DNA of 64,000 bases, from positions 558,001 to 622,000 of the forward strand of contig JAQGDQ010000053.1 of assembly GCA_030141605.1 (NCBI GenBank), given 5' to 3'. This DNA is from Tubiluchus corallicola. Taxonomy: Eukaryota > Animalia > Priapulida. A program made the position numbers and the translations under genes. Under the pieces are notes generated by a model that searched no databases, was not told the DNA's origin, and was given only the letters and a program-made list of their open reading frames with translations. Position 1 is the first letter of the stretch. Each line of letters begins with the position of its first letter. Positions 51,601 through 64,000 of this stretch are shown piece by piece.

Positions 51601-54600
51601 GCACGACGCCCCTGGTCAGCCATTGTTTTTTGTCGTGTCTCTACAAAACACTTAGCAACCATACAAAAGTGTGATTTCTATGGACTTCACAAGAGCAAAT
51701 TGGAGTTACGTTTAAATTCAGTAAGTGGCTCTTCCTGACCAAGATCTGGTCTTGTCAACAGAAAAAAGACCCAAAGCAAAATGGCTGCTTCCACGAGCTA
51801 CAATCGGGGTTAGAAAATACAAGTTTTTTTTTACAATTGCAGTACTAGTTTCTAGAGAGAAACGTGGGCAAAGAGTTATGAAATTAGTTTTTAGTATTTT
51901 TTGGACATTTTCCTGATAATTTGATGCTAGAATATAAATATATTTAGCATTTGTTTTCATAAAAAATCGACATTTGACCAAATTTTTCGTGGCTTTCTAC
52001 TTTGAAGCATCATAACGTACAACTATGCCGACTTATGGATGGCTTTAGTTTGCAAGCACACAATTAAAGTTGTTTGTTAGTTCACTATGTAATTTTAGAT
52101 TAACGTGTAAAAGGCAACATCAAGAAACTACACCAGGGATGCTATCAATTCCCATTTATCAATTTAACATTCACCACTATTTGCTTATGCATGGGGCTAT
52201 CCAGTATTAATGCTATCCATCGACCAAGAGCAATAATGCAGGGACTGTTCACATAGTGGTAATCTATTGATGATTTGCCTGGAAACTCTGGATAAAGACT
52301 GGTATCACCAGTACAAATCTGAGTCCGAAATCCTTATACCATATTTTCACTTTTACTGTCTAGTGACTAAATCATCCTTCCTTTTTCCAGCACTTGGTTC
52401 CCAACACTTTTAATGTACCAATATAGCAAACTACCCAATATAAGTAATCACTTTATTGTCAGAGTTCATTACCTGGCACATGCAAAGAATTTCCATGGAA
52501 AATTCCTTTTCATCCTTAGACAATTCATGAATGGCGAGATCTTTGACGAGTACTTGTCCAATGAGGTCATGTCGAGAAAACCGATCAAAATCATAAACTG
52601 CAAACTGTAGTGTTCTAGTTGAGAGTTCAGGGAGGTCAACGTTAAAGCAGAAAATTTCATTAAACACGGGGTTTAAATTTTTACGGTGAACCTAGAAAAG
52701 ATAAGTAATGATTTGTTACTTCATACACTTTAAATATAGTTCACTTATTTAGTATGACAAATGGTACATCATATTTTATACAGTCTACAAATGTCAAATG
52801 ATGTACATACATAAGTAAAAACAACGTACCTGTAATGAAACCTGTATTTGTAAGTTGCAAAAAAAGTGTTTAGCAGTTTGATATTTACTAAAATGTTAAG
52901 TTTACAAATAGTGCAACTACTGCAATAACATTACAGTAAACAGTTACTTCTGGAAGGACTTTACAATTCCCCAGACAATTTAAATACCCTAACACTAGCC
53001 TTAACCCCAATCCAACCCTAACCCTAACACTAACACTAGCATCTCAGGAACTAATTTCTTGTGTGTGGGGAATTATAAACTTTAGCCGTTACTTTTCAAT
53101 AAAGTACTCGTTTTATGTGAGCTAAGCACATTGGTGATTGTTAGTCCTACTTTCTAAAAGGCACAGCTTCATTTAACAAAGATCCGTTTAGCACTGTGCT
53201 TTGCTGAACGAACATCATTTGTGTACTGAAAACTTACCTTAGTTTGAAATTTATGTTTCCTATCAGGCAACAGGTAAATTTTGACGTAAGGATCTGAGGT
53301 TCCACTAAAGTCTTTAGCAGGGAGATTTATCGCATTAAGTACCTTTACCACTAATAATTGTTCCTAAAAGATATTTATATATTCAAATTTATACTGTACA
53401 TGGTAGCTTGCTACACAAATGAAATAATGAATTCTCACTTACTATGTTTTTCTAGTCATGCTAAGCATGTTAAAACACAAATGAAAATAAGTTCTTATAA
53501 TTTATTTGAGAAGTTTCTTCAGAAGACACAGGAACACTGTAAATTGGGCACCAAATAACAAGAAAGCCTAAGTTACAAAAGAAAGTAGGACAAAGCAGAT
53601 GAAGCAAATAGAAATGCTTATTACCACAAAACTGGAATAAAAGGTTAACAGCAAGTTAGCAACTTAGAATGCGCACCAAAGTTTTTCCAAGTACCAAAGA
53701 CATTACAACTAAATTAAAACAATCACATTAACTAAATATAAGAGACTTTGACACTACAAAAAATTTCATGAAAACTATCTCCAGTTCATAGTAGAATGAT
53801 TTCATGTAAATAGTTCTAGTCAAAAATGTACCTGAACATTATAGAATAGGGTAAATCGCAATGTTCCGACGACTTCTGGTACAGATAACAATGAGCTCTC
53901 AGTAGATGTCTGTTTATACAATTCAGGCTTTATCTGACCTAAAAATATTCAAATGTTTTAAATTTAAAGTAACAGTATGAAAAATCTACCACATGCAAGA
54001 CTATAAAAGCAAACAATCTGACTTAGTATGTTGCATAGTGTTAACACACTACATTTATGATATGGAATAGGTGCAGGGCCTCTATTTTGCATTTAACAAC
54101 ATTTTGAAACAGATAATCTGGCATATGATAACCATAACTTCTGATGAAACAGATAATGCAATTAAAGTGCACACATTATTAAAAATAAAAAGCTCAACAA
54201 GTTTTCTATAGATTTTACTTCAGTTCAGTATAGTCTGCAAATTCTACAAAACAAAACAATAATCAACATATTATAAAATTTATATAAACCATCAAATATT
54301 AAACACAATATCGACTCACTCTTAGAATATTCTTCAGTACAAAATGTTAGAGTAATTTCACATAGTTGGCAGCTTAAATGAAATAGAATGCAGTAACAAT
54401 TCACTAAATAAGTGAAATTTAATGTGTCTTAGTTCTGAATCTGTTTAAGGATGTTTCATTCTTATGCCCCCTGTACTTCAAACGAATTCAGTTGTACTTA
54501 TTAGCTACTTAATTTAAGTTTTATAATAGCATAGCTGTTATCTATATTACAGCACTATAAAAACATTCTAAGTTTGTTGTTTAACAAAGATACTTTTAAT

Positions 54601-57436
54601 GACAATCATACAGGATGTTTGTGTCTACTGAAAGTAAAAAGCAGTAACTGAAAGTATTCAAATATTGCATCCAAAAATCCCATGCAATCTAAAGTTGGGT
54701 CATTACATTCTCACTAAAGGCCCAGACCCGTCATACTGTCATACACCTTATAAAAAGCAAAAATTTATTTGGACATCTTTTGACCATGTAGGATGGATCT
54801 TTCCTCTTGGACCAAAAAGTAATGGGTTTCCAGGTCTTGCCCAGACCTATCCTTGTACCAAGTTCAGCAATTATAGCTTCATCCATTTTGATTTTATTGT
54901 GCAGACAGACAATCACACACACAAGACTAAATGCCTAATTTTTAAGTAACCTAATAATACAACTTCAGTAACTGACAATGACAAGATGGTTTGATCAGAC
55001 TACTAGCTATACCTAGGTTTGGTTGCTCCTTGTGGTTTATACTACATACTGCAAACTCCATGTCCATTTTAAGTTGCCTCTGGAATTTCTGATGACGTTC
55101 AGGATAAGTTGGCATAGTAGTTTGGCGCAAGACATTTTTCTGTTCGAAAACAGAAGATTCTTCACTTGGAGTGATACTTGGCAGACTAAGATACAAAAAT
55201 AAATTGATAAAGATCAGAAAGATTTATGATAGTGCACATATACTATAAAACAGATTTAGTAGTAGACATGTATTATAAAATAGTTATTAAACATTCAGGG
55301 CAAATTGTGTACCTTTAAACTCAGAAGTGATCTCATCAGTCATCAACATGTCTCATTATGAGCTTCAATATGTACATGTGTTATAGAAAACCTCTTTTTC
55401 AATTTTATTATTATGATTATTTGCCGCTCACAATTTATTGGGCATTCAAAATAACAACTAATTGCTTTTTTATGATCCCAAGATTAACTTTTACACTCTG
55501 AATTATACTGAAACGTGGTCAGAGCACTAACAACGGTTAAGCCATATAATACAACCACAGCTGGTAGCCCAATCGAAAACTTGAGACAATTTAACAGACA
55601 GCGTGTTAAATATATACACTTTTAAAGTGTACCTGTGGCTGATTTTTACAGTCTGAACAACATTCTGGCCTGGGTCTCTAAAAACATCGGTGCTTTTATC
55701 TCGTGTTTTTGAAACCACACATCGATACACAATGACAGCAACAACAATGACGAGCAGAAGAGATGAAATAAGAACCACTGGTATAAAATAAGCCAAAGGC
55801 AAACCTAAAAGAAAGAACAACATACATAAATCATAGAAATAAGAAAGTCACAATATTATGTTCATCTGCATATAATTTGAGATATTTTGTAGAACTTTTT
55901 CTTATATAATTGAATAAATAGCAGAAAAATTTCACTGCTATGCTTCGTCACAACTTTTGTATTATCCTCTCCCCTGTATTTTTGGCAATAACTTTTAGCT
56001 GGCATCTAAGCACGATCATGAACGGGGGTGTCTTCTGCATTCCTTTGATATTCATTTTGCACATTATATTATAATCGATACATGTCACAGAGAAACAAAG
56101 ATAGGCCTATTAAAATTTTGAAAGGATGAGTGTAGAATGTTTTGCATGTGGCTACTTTAAGAGATGATTAATTAGTTAGAAAATATGACTATAACTTCAC
56201 TACTACATTGCAACAGTCAAAATGTATCTTTCTCTTCATATTAAGAATGATCATGTCATGATAACTTTTGACCTCCATCGTGACACAGCCAACCCAACTA
56301 TACGATTAATCGCTTAGCGTACTACAGTTATCAGTGATGCACAGCAGCAAATATATTGCATTTTTAAGTTAGATATCTGATAATCTAGGAAATCCAATGG
56401 AGTATTCCCCCAGATTTTGTAACTATGCTCCCTCACATGGTAATCAAATAAACAAAAACTACAGAATAACCTTGCTGTGCTGCACTTGACAAAACTTGAA
56501 ATCGATCTTATGGTCCAAGAATTATTATAACTTTGTGTGTAACTGCTAACCTAAAAATGTTCTAAATTATACAATATTGGTTAAGCATTTATCAAAACAT
56601 GCTTTACCGCAAACTGCATAACCATAGTAAATTTAGTTTAAACTTACTTTGCAGTGCTGAAATGGGCAAACCTCTGGGAATTTTGCCACTACGTTTATTG
56701 ATAGCTAATTGTAGTTTAAATGGAAAAATTATTGTTTTCTGTCCAACTTGACTGATTCTTCTATGCACCTACTTTGTCTCTCTGTTTTGTTCTTCCTCAC
56801 TCTCTATTCTGCCAACACTCACTATTCTGCACTTCTATATCTCTTCTCGCAATGTCACCTGCCCACTTTTATTTTTTCTCATCTTGACTTTCCTATAATC
56901 TATCTGCTCTGACACTATATAGAATGCCGGTTGCTGATACAAATGAAAGTGTTTTTCGTGAAAATTTTAGAAAGGTTATTTTACAGAATTCTCTCCACAA
57001 TCACAGCTACGACATTTGTACTAATTTGGGAATGACTGTTAACTCTTACCAAAACTCACGACACTTCCTAGAAATGTTTTTCAATTTGCCAAAAATGAGG
57101 GAAGATTGTAATAATACTAAAACACGAGTATTTTCATAACTGCTGTCTCAATGCAAAAATTATAGTGTTGTTGAATAAATTGGCAACCAATTAATTAGGG
57201 GACAACAACCACTCCTTTTGAACATCAGCTCTTTGACTGACACAAAAATTTAAAACAATCAAAACATTTTTAAATAAAAACAATGTACATTCCAATTCCA
57301 TTAAAAATAATAACAGCTGCAAACAATTACAGTAATGCAACCTTTGTTATAATAAAAAAAATAACTCACCCATATAATCTTGGTCAAGTTTGTCTACACG
57401 AACTGAGCTGTTGTTGTTATTCTCTGCTTCTGACAT
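48581..57436 (-). CDS. Synaptotagmin, Syt3/6/9/10-like group, 10 coding exons, ~453 aa
   Basis: Short lumenal N-terminus, single [12 protein letters not shown] linker motif, C2A ([35 protein letters not shown]), C2B ([37 protein letters not shown]). Exact vertebrate ortholog not assignable. Confidence 0.93.
48994..49107 (-). CDS. Synaptotagmin exon 9
   Basis: [37 protein letters not shown]. Confidence 0.9.
49315..49486 (-). CDS. Synaptotagmin exon 8
   Basis: [39 protein letters not shown]...MDYD. Confidence 0.95.
49869..49989 (-). CDS. Synaptotagmin exon 7
   Basis: [40 protein letters not shown]. Confidence 0.95.
50560..51614 (+). mobile_element. Internally deleted hAT-type transposon
   Basis: [12 protein letters not shown] start at ~51204 followed within ~100 nt by hAT dimerisation-like [28 protein letters not shown]; right end ggtgcacgacgcccctg; left end not located. 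Confidence 0.6.
52473..52691 (-). CDS. Synaptotagmin exon 6
   Basis: [12 protein letters not shown]...[15 protein letters not shown]. Confidence 0.95.
52985..53040. repeat. Degenerate (CCCTAA)-like hexamer tract
   Basis: ccctaacactagccttaaccccaatccaaccctaaccctaacactaacactag. Confidence 0.6.
53238..53363 (-). CDS. Synaptotagmin exon 5
   Basis: [42 protein letters not shown]. Confidence 0.95.
53832..53938 (-). CDS. Synaptotagmin exon 4
   Basis: [35 protein letters not shown]. Confidence 0.92.
54660..54925. mobile_element. Helitron/Helentron-derived (DINE-like) fragment
   Basis: tgtaccaagttcag...atccatttt...acagacagacaatcacacac pattern recalled from invertebrate non-autonomous rolling-circle repeats. 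Confidence 0.35.
55013..55185 (-). CDS. Synaptotagmin exon 3
   Basis: LPSITP...[20 protein letters not shown]...EQPNL. Confidence 0.88.
55633..55804 (-). CDS. Synaptotagmin exon 2 (transmembrane)
   Basis: [28 protein letters not shown]...VKISH. Confidence 0.88.
57370..57436 (-). CDS. Synaptotagmin first coding exon
   Basis: [23 protein letters not shown]|GTGAGT donor, phase 1 fits. Confidence 0.7.
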
Positions 57437-58139
57437 TCTATCAAAGTAATAGACCTACTTCACTCTGGACCTATCTTTTTTCCAAGAAGGTAAACTTGCG
57501 ATGGTAACAAAAAATGAGCATCACGATTTTGATTTCACCAGAAATTGTATAGCTCCATTGCAATTATAACAAACCTGTAAACGAAAACCTGTATATCAAA
57601 ATTATAATTCAATAATAGTCTAAAATACTAAAATACTAAAAAAATTATAGTTACTACTGCTAACCTTCTTAATATTCTTAGCAGTTATTCGTTGCCATTT
57701 CTTATAAACTTGACAATTCATAATTGTAAAGTTATCAATTGCTGTCAATATAATGCCCCGGTTGGCATGTACAGTAGTAGCAAATAAATTATTCCACAAA
57801 AAATGCAGTATGACAACCGAGATCAACTCTGTGAGAAATATAAATACTTACAATCATAGAGAAATTATGTAGTGTAAGGACTTCCGAAGCTCTAATCCAT
57901 TTCAAGTAGTATCAAGTGACATTGAATTCTAAGTGACAAAAATGTTGTTCTTGTCCATGAAATTCTAAGTACGATAAGAAAATGAATTCACCAATAGTAG
58001 TTACAGTAGAAACAGTAGTTAGCATGATTGTTTCTATGTATATTATAGGACAAAAGTGAACTAAGATGACATAAATGACAGAAAGTCATAAAAGCTTATT
58101 AGTCACACGAAACTGTTTTATTAAAGCATGTGAAGCAAA

Positions 58140-58285
58140 AATATCGAGTCAATTATGAAGAGTTATTTGAGTCAATTATCGACAGTTTTATGTAAATTTG
58201 AATAGAGGCGGCCTGTACCAGGCGCTTTTGAGTCAATTAAGCAACTGAGTCTATTAACCATGAGTTTATTAAGCGGCACCTACTG
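58140..58285. mobile_element. Right end of a pogo-type element related to 37740-38535
   Basis: Several tgagtc(a/t)atta units ending tgagtttattaagcggcacctactg|TA. Confidence 0.6.
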
Positions 58286-58746
58286 TAAAATACGCTATGT
58301 TTAAAAACTGTTCACCTAACAAATATGGATAAAACCCATATTGAGCTACACAAGCTAGCCGCTAGTGGAATGGAACGGAATGATTTAATGACAGTTTATT
58401 AAATTGGAATAAATCCATAATTCATAACAACTCGATGGGGATTTGGAATATTTTGCTGTTGATCCCTCTACTTTTCCTAGCGCACATAAATAACTAAAAA
58501 ATTGCGAAGATGCCATCAGCGGAGGACTTTATATCCTATTTAAGCTTTGCTACTCCCAAGAAAGCCTGTTACTTAGGATCAATGTATTTTTCTGGATGAT
58601 TTTGCCGGTGTTTATCAAAACGAGCCTTGAAATGAGCTAAACTGGTGGATTTGACTACATGTGAGCAGTTTAAATGAGTGTCTCTTGTTCTTTGTTTGTC
58701 CTGTATGTCTATGTGCCTGTCCAAATGTAGTCTATCCCATGCAGTG

Positions 58747-58749
<3 letters not shown>

Positions 58750-58788
<39 letters not shown>

Positions 58789-58797
58789 TATATATAT
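58750..58797. repeat. (TA)n microsatellite
   Basis: Direct inspection. Confidence 0.95.
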
Positions 58798-58844
58798 CTG
58801 TATCATGTCACGCCTGTATGTCAGGGTGATCAGTCCTAATCAGT

Positions 58845-59380
58845 TACCAAATCCGTCACAATCCCTGTAGTCTTCTAGCCGCCATTCACGCGCGCACACG
58901 TCCAGGGGCGCTTCAAAATACATTACAGCGAACGTAATACAGACTACCTAATTCTACAGATTATGCTTAAACCGTGTACGGTGCATAATAACTTGATAAT
59001 AATTATTATTATTACAAAAATACGAATCAAAATTTACAATCTACAATGACAATACGATTTTCACTTTCTAGCAGCCGATTTTTGTTGATGCTTGCTTTCA
59101 GAGCATTCTAGCAGCAGCACGGAGAAATCCACGTGTGAGATTGATTTTTCAATTATTTCCGTCGCCCTCCGCTAAGCGGTGCCACCGACTCACAGCGACA
59201 GCAGCGGCGGCGCGGCGCACGTGACTGTTCACTTGTCATAGTTGACATTTTCGTGCAAGTGTGACAAAATTAGTAAACTGAGTTTCAAATAATTGAATAA
59301 ACCTTTTCGTATATTCATTTAGGCGTAATGCTATACCCAGGTTACGTTTATCGCAGACGGCATAAAATTATTTTGCACAG
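58845..59380. promoter_or_regulatory. Putative bidirectional promoter between synaptotagmin and SRRM1
   Basis: CpG/GC-rich patches (cacgcgcgcacacg, gcagcggcggcgcggcgcacgtgac), E-boxes at ~59130 and ~59218, between divergent genes. Confidence 0.55.
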
Positions 59381-59548
59381 TATCGGTGAAAAAAATGAAT
59401 TGCACGAGTCAGTGCTATTCTACTTGTTTAGACCTACCGCTTTATAAGAAAAGAAAAACGTTATTCATCTCCGTAGGCTATCTTTAAATTTGTGTTTCTT
59501 GTAATTACAGCTCTATACCTGTATAGTATACCAGTACGAACGCTAACA

Positions 59549-60108
59549 ATGTCTGATGCAGGTTTTTTTCGCGGCACAAGTGCTGAACAGGATAATCGAT
59601 TCAGTGATAAGCATAAGAAGCTTTTGAAGCAAATGAAATTTGGCGCCGAACTGGAAACGAAGGTGGACATGAGAAAAATTAATCTTGATGTAATAAAGCC
59701 GTGGATAACAAAAGAGGTATCAAAATATCTTGGGTTTGAGGACGACGTGGTGATTGATTTTGTATTTAATCAACTGGAAGAAAAAAAAGAACCAGATCCA
59801 AAAACTATGCAAATTAATCTAACTGGTTTTTTGAATGCTAAAAATGCCCGTGATTTTATGAGAGACTTATGGGCATTGTTGATTAGTGCACAGGAAAGCG
59901 TTGGTGGAATCCCTGCAGAATTTGTTGAACAGAAGAAAGAGCAGATTAAACAGCGACAAGAAGAGCAACAGAGAATTGCAGAAACACTAAAAAGGCAAGA
60001 AGAGAAAATCAAGGAAGCTGTCCGGGAAAAAGAGAAAGAGGATAGAAGAAGAAGAAGTCGTTCAAAATCACCAGGGAAAAGAGACAAATCTCCACATCGA
60101 AGTAGTAG
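59549..60108 (+). CDS. SRRM1: SRRM1 PWI exon
   Basis: Full PWI domain; AG|GTGTGT donor, phase 2. Confidence 0.93.
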
Positions 60109-63100
60109 GTGTGTGGCTGTGTAAACCTGAACTTCCATATTTAGTTTATGATTTTAACTGCTTCAAATTTAATTTTTCTTACATTTGAATTCGAATAGTG
60201 TCATTTTAGTGGGGAAATAATGCTTATTCATATTTCATACTATTTATTGCATGCATATTTCATACATGACGAAATAAAAGCCCAGGTGCTTCTAACTTTT
60301 TTTGAGATTGTCTTTTGTGTGAACAGGAGTGGCTTCAAACAGGTGCCACATATCTGCAGATCTATAATAAAACCTGTTGTTGCAAACAAGTTGTTGAAAC
60401 CTTTGGAGTGCAATTGCTATTACTTTTTATCTGACATCAGTTCCGTGGGCCGACAATAAAAATACTTCTGTTTCCATCTAATCGGCCGGGTAATACTTTT
60501 TTTATCATTGGGAATTTTGTAATTTTTTCGTACGCTCATATACTTACTTGATGCAGTCAAATGAAAGCGTATTTCTGTAATTTAAAATGCAACATCATTT
60601 CTGGGAATGCAAGACACATGTTTTTCCATGGCTAACTCTTGGCAAGGGTTGCTGTTTTGTATCATGCTCATTGTATTGGAGGATACAAAGTATCGGATTT
60701 TCCGCCAAATCGGTATATTAACGGCCATGTAGTATTGCCGGTTATACCCTAATTATCAGAACATACACGTTCATGATACAAGAGAGATTATACAATAATT
60801 GATAATTATACGATAATTTAGTAATGTGAAACTAAAAAACAGTGAAAAAAGTGCATTGAAAAAATTTAGAACATTAATGCTAACCAGTGTGAAATAACCA
60901 AAGTTTGATTTCAACTGATTATAAATATTCCACGAGTCAGCTTTAAACATTTACAAAGCTTTAACAAGTACTGACTGACATCTTTTGAGCTCATGAGGTA
61001 AGACAGAAACAGATTTTTTGTGGCTGGCCTTATTAGTGGGTATTTCAGCTGGTGGAAATCAGCAAATTGCAAATGTTCAGGAAAACTTAGTAAAAATGTT
61101 GATATGATGTATGTGAGGATTATTAGTATGGAATATAACTTTGATATATTTCATAAAAATATGGTGTTAGGCTGGTTTTGTTGTTTCGTTAGGTAGATGT
61201 AGGCAACTTGTTTAAGCAATAAGCTTGGATGAGACTTTAGGATGGCTAGCTGGCTAGCACATTTAGGATGTTTTGAGAATAAAGAAACTATCATTTAAAT
61301 TACATCAGCATAATAAATTTACAGATAAAAATTGCCTGTAAATTTGTTTCCAGAAAATATTTTTTTAAAAAATTTTCACAGAAAAACATTTCCCAGAAAT
61401 ATTTTTTTTAACATATTAATCACGGCTGGGTTTTTGATTGCAAGATCTGCTATTTTAGTATGATATTTAAAGCCTTCAGTTTCTCTCTTTTTCTTTGCCC
61501 TTCCATCTTTACCTTCCTCTCGTCTTCTCTCCTTCCCTCCCTCACTCTCTCTCTCTCTCCCATCTTTGTTTCTCCCCTCTTTCTCTCTCTCCCTGAATTT
61601 GTCCAATAAATTTTACTCTTTTGCAAGATTTTTTGTAGGGTTTTGGTATACCACTTAGGAATCTCACTCTCGGGCAGTCTCAGCGTGTCACAGTCAAAAT
61701 TGGATGTCGGTAGGCCTACATTCTCCCTATACGAGCAAAATAATTTTGCTTTTTAGTGAATGAAACACCCCGAGAATGACATTCCTAAGTAGTCACCTAA
61801 CCAATTAGTTGCTGTTTCAGACAATATATTGTCCTCTTGCTCAAAATTGTCACCCTTAAAGCACGGTGAAGGAACTCTGTCATTCTACTGTGGTGTCTAT
61901 TCTTAGACACATGTCTTAGAAGTTTATCCCTTGGAAAATAAGCAGTTTTTGTTAAGCACATTACTAGACCAACACAAGACAACCTGGCCTGAAGCATATT
62001 TGAAGTGTCATTTAATAAGCAAAAACAGCGTGTGTAGTGAGTGTTTATCATGCTGCAATTTTAAGTAGCCCATCGCGAGGTGCCAGCGATGTCATTCTAA
62101 AACTCTTGTAGGCTGTACCTCGTTACTAAATTTTTTCTACCAGCGCATGCATAGAGTGCATTGAAGTAGGTGTGGATAAAGGTCTGTTTTGAGCTCAACA
62201 TTAGAAATGTCTTTACTACTGCTTTAAATGGGCTATATTATTTTTGAGATATAGTTTACTATCGATATTTCCAGAAAGGGCCTACATATCTGTTTATATT
62301 TTTTGCCTTACTCACTCTTCAGTGTCGTAATCTTGAGTGTATTCTTATGTACATTCTCATGTAGTTTATTTTAGGTTTCCAACTAGAGTGTCTTGTATAC
62401 AATGTAATGACAAACTTTGTTTTATGTTTCTTCAGGCACAGAAGAGAAAAGAGTATACCAATGTCACCGGAAGCTCCTGTGTCAGAAATGATTTCTTTGC
62501 CACTTCATGAAAAAAAACAGCCAGAAATAAAAAGCGGTGAAGCTGTTGCTAACGATTTAGTAAAAGAGGGACCTGGTGAGGATCAAAATAAAAAAGCAGA
62601 GGTAAAAACTACAGAAAAAGATTCTAAACAAAAAGAAGCAGTCGACAATGATTTATCTAAAGATGATAAAATAGGTCCTATTAATGAAAATAATGAAACG
62701 GTAAAAAAGGATCGTAAAGACAGCGAGAAGGAGAAAGATAAAGAAAAGCAGCACAGAACTGATGAGGACAGAAGGGACAAAGATCGTGAAAAACGTAGGT
62801 CTCCATCGGCTGATTACCGAAGCCGGCGCTACAGAGATCACAATAGGCGAAGATCTTTAACACCAGATCGGAAAAATCGGAGTCGAAGAAGAAGATCTCC
62901 ATCGCCTTCTTATCGAAGAAAGTCTCCTCTTCCTCGGCGATCTCCACGTAGATCTCCTAGACCCCGTAGACCTTCACCACCTCGCCATCGTAGCCCTAGA
63001 CGTCGTAGTCCTATTCAAAGTCCACCTGCTACCCGTCACCGTAGCAGCAGTCGTCGCAGGTCTCCACCCAAGATACGACATCACAGTCCCAAACGATACT

Positions 63101-64000
63101 CTCCTCCACCAAGAAAAATTTCTGCTAAAGTTCCTTCCCGCCGGGATTTATCTAGCAGCAGCTCAGCTAGCTCAAGTTCGTCTAGGTCACCATCACCTGT
63201 GTCGAAGATATCACGTACTGTAAAACAACAAGCCAGCCCGTCACCTCAACGCAAACCAAAGAAACCTGCTGCAAAACCATCTTCAGCTTCCTCTGATTCT
63301 GAAGAACAAAAGGCAAAGCCTGTCTATACACGTGATGTGAAGCCTGGTTCAGTTCAAGCAAAAAGAAACTATCGCAAACAAGAAAGCAGCGAAGAGAGTG
63401 AAAGTGATTCTAGTGATAGCAGTACAGACAATGCACAAATGTATAAGCGAGATAGATCAGACTCAGCAACGCCTCCTCGTCGGCGTCCATCACCAATTCG
63501 TAAACAATCATCTCATTCTCGCAGACAGTCTCCTCCACGACGTCGCTCTCTTCCTCGCCGCCGTCCATCTCCTAGACGTGTAGAATGCCGGCTGTCACCT
63601 AAGTCAAGAAGGTCAAGGTCACCTATTAAATCTAAATCAAGAAGATCCGGGTCTTCAGACGAACTACAAAAAATGCCTGAAAAAGAAAAAAGTACTTCGC
63701 CTCGTAATAGAAAGAGACGCCTTTCCAGTGATAGATCTCCTTCCCCTGACAGACGCCGGGTTAAGAGCAATCAAATTCAAGGGACCTCAAAACCATCTGC
63801 TGCTAGGAAAAGGTCGCCATCCACAAGCTCGGAGTGTTCTTCATATGAAAGTGAAGAATTATCTCCGAAATCTAAAAAACTTGCATTACCAAAAAAGCAA
63901 AGGGTTGTTTTACCAGCCATTAAATCAAAGAAAAAAGTTTCACGCACACCTCCACAGTCTCCTGAGAGGAAAGTTAAATCGCCATCATCTTCAATGTCAC
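59549..64000 (+). CDS. SRRM1: Serine/arginine repetitive matrix protein 1 (SRm160), PWI domain plus RS/SP-rich region; continues beyond window
   Basis: Exon 59549-60108 MSDAGFFRGTSAEQDNRFSDK...VIKPWITK...GFEDDVV...MQINLTGFLNAKNAR; exon 62436->64000 reads open, RSPS/RRSP-rich. Confidence 0.95.
61330..62230. repeat. Unclassified interspersed repeat, copy 2 (see 6520-8100)
   Basis: Same colinear blocks as 6520-8100. Confidence 0.7.
62436..64000 (+). CDS. SRRM1: SRRM1 large RS-rich exon (partial)
   Basis: ttcttcAG acceptor, phase 2; HRREKSIPMSPEAP...RRSPSADYRSRR...; absent from ORF track because it has no stop in the window. Confidence 0.9.

Noticed and set aside
52985-53040. Interstitial telomere
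   Set aside because: Short and degenerate; more likely part of a dispersed repeat
59770-63770. Minus-strand and off-frame ORFs overlapping SRRM1
   Set aside because: Shadows of the low-complexity SRRM1 coding frame

Overview
AT-rich, intron-rich eukaryotic (invertebrate metazoan-like) genomic DNA; the species cannot be determined from the sequence. Exons were assembled by hand from splice sites and reading phase into five conserved genes: (1) the 5' half of a MORC3/4-like GHKL ATPase (minus, 11141 to <1, 8 exons, runs off the window); (2) B4GAT1 (plus, 2 coding exons, 17409-26494); (3) UVRAG (minus, 16 coding exons, 42815-30056, ~626 aa); (4) a synaptotagmin of the Syt3/6/9/10 group (minus, 10 coding exons, 57436-48581, ~453 aa); (5) SRRM1/SRm160 (plus, 59549 to >64000). 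Introns and intergenic DNA hold decayed mobile DNA: LINE RT remnants, Tc1/mariner and pogo-type elements with TIRs, an internally deleted hAT, a THAP-domain remnant next to a foldback-like element, microsatellites. I found no evidence of a wholly new multi-gene system. The most notable observations are two GC-AG introns (one required for the MORC frame, one deciding the synaptotagmin C-terminus), a UVRAG leader with a CLEAR-like E-box, a uORF and a start-stop codon pair, an intron-free PWI domain in SRRM1, and possible ancient B4GAT1-UVRAG-SYT linkage.
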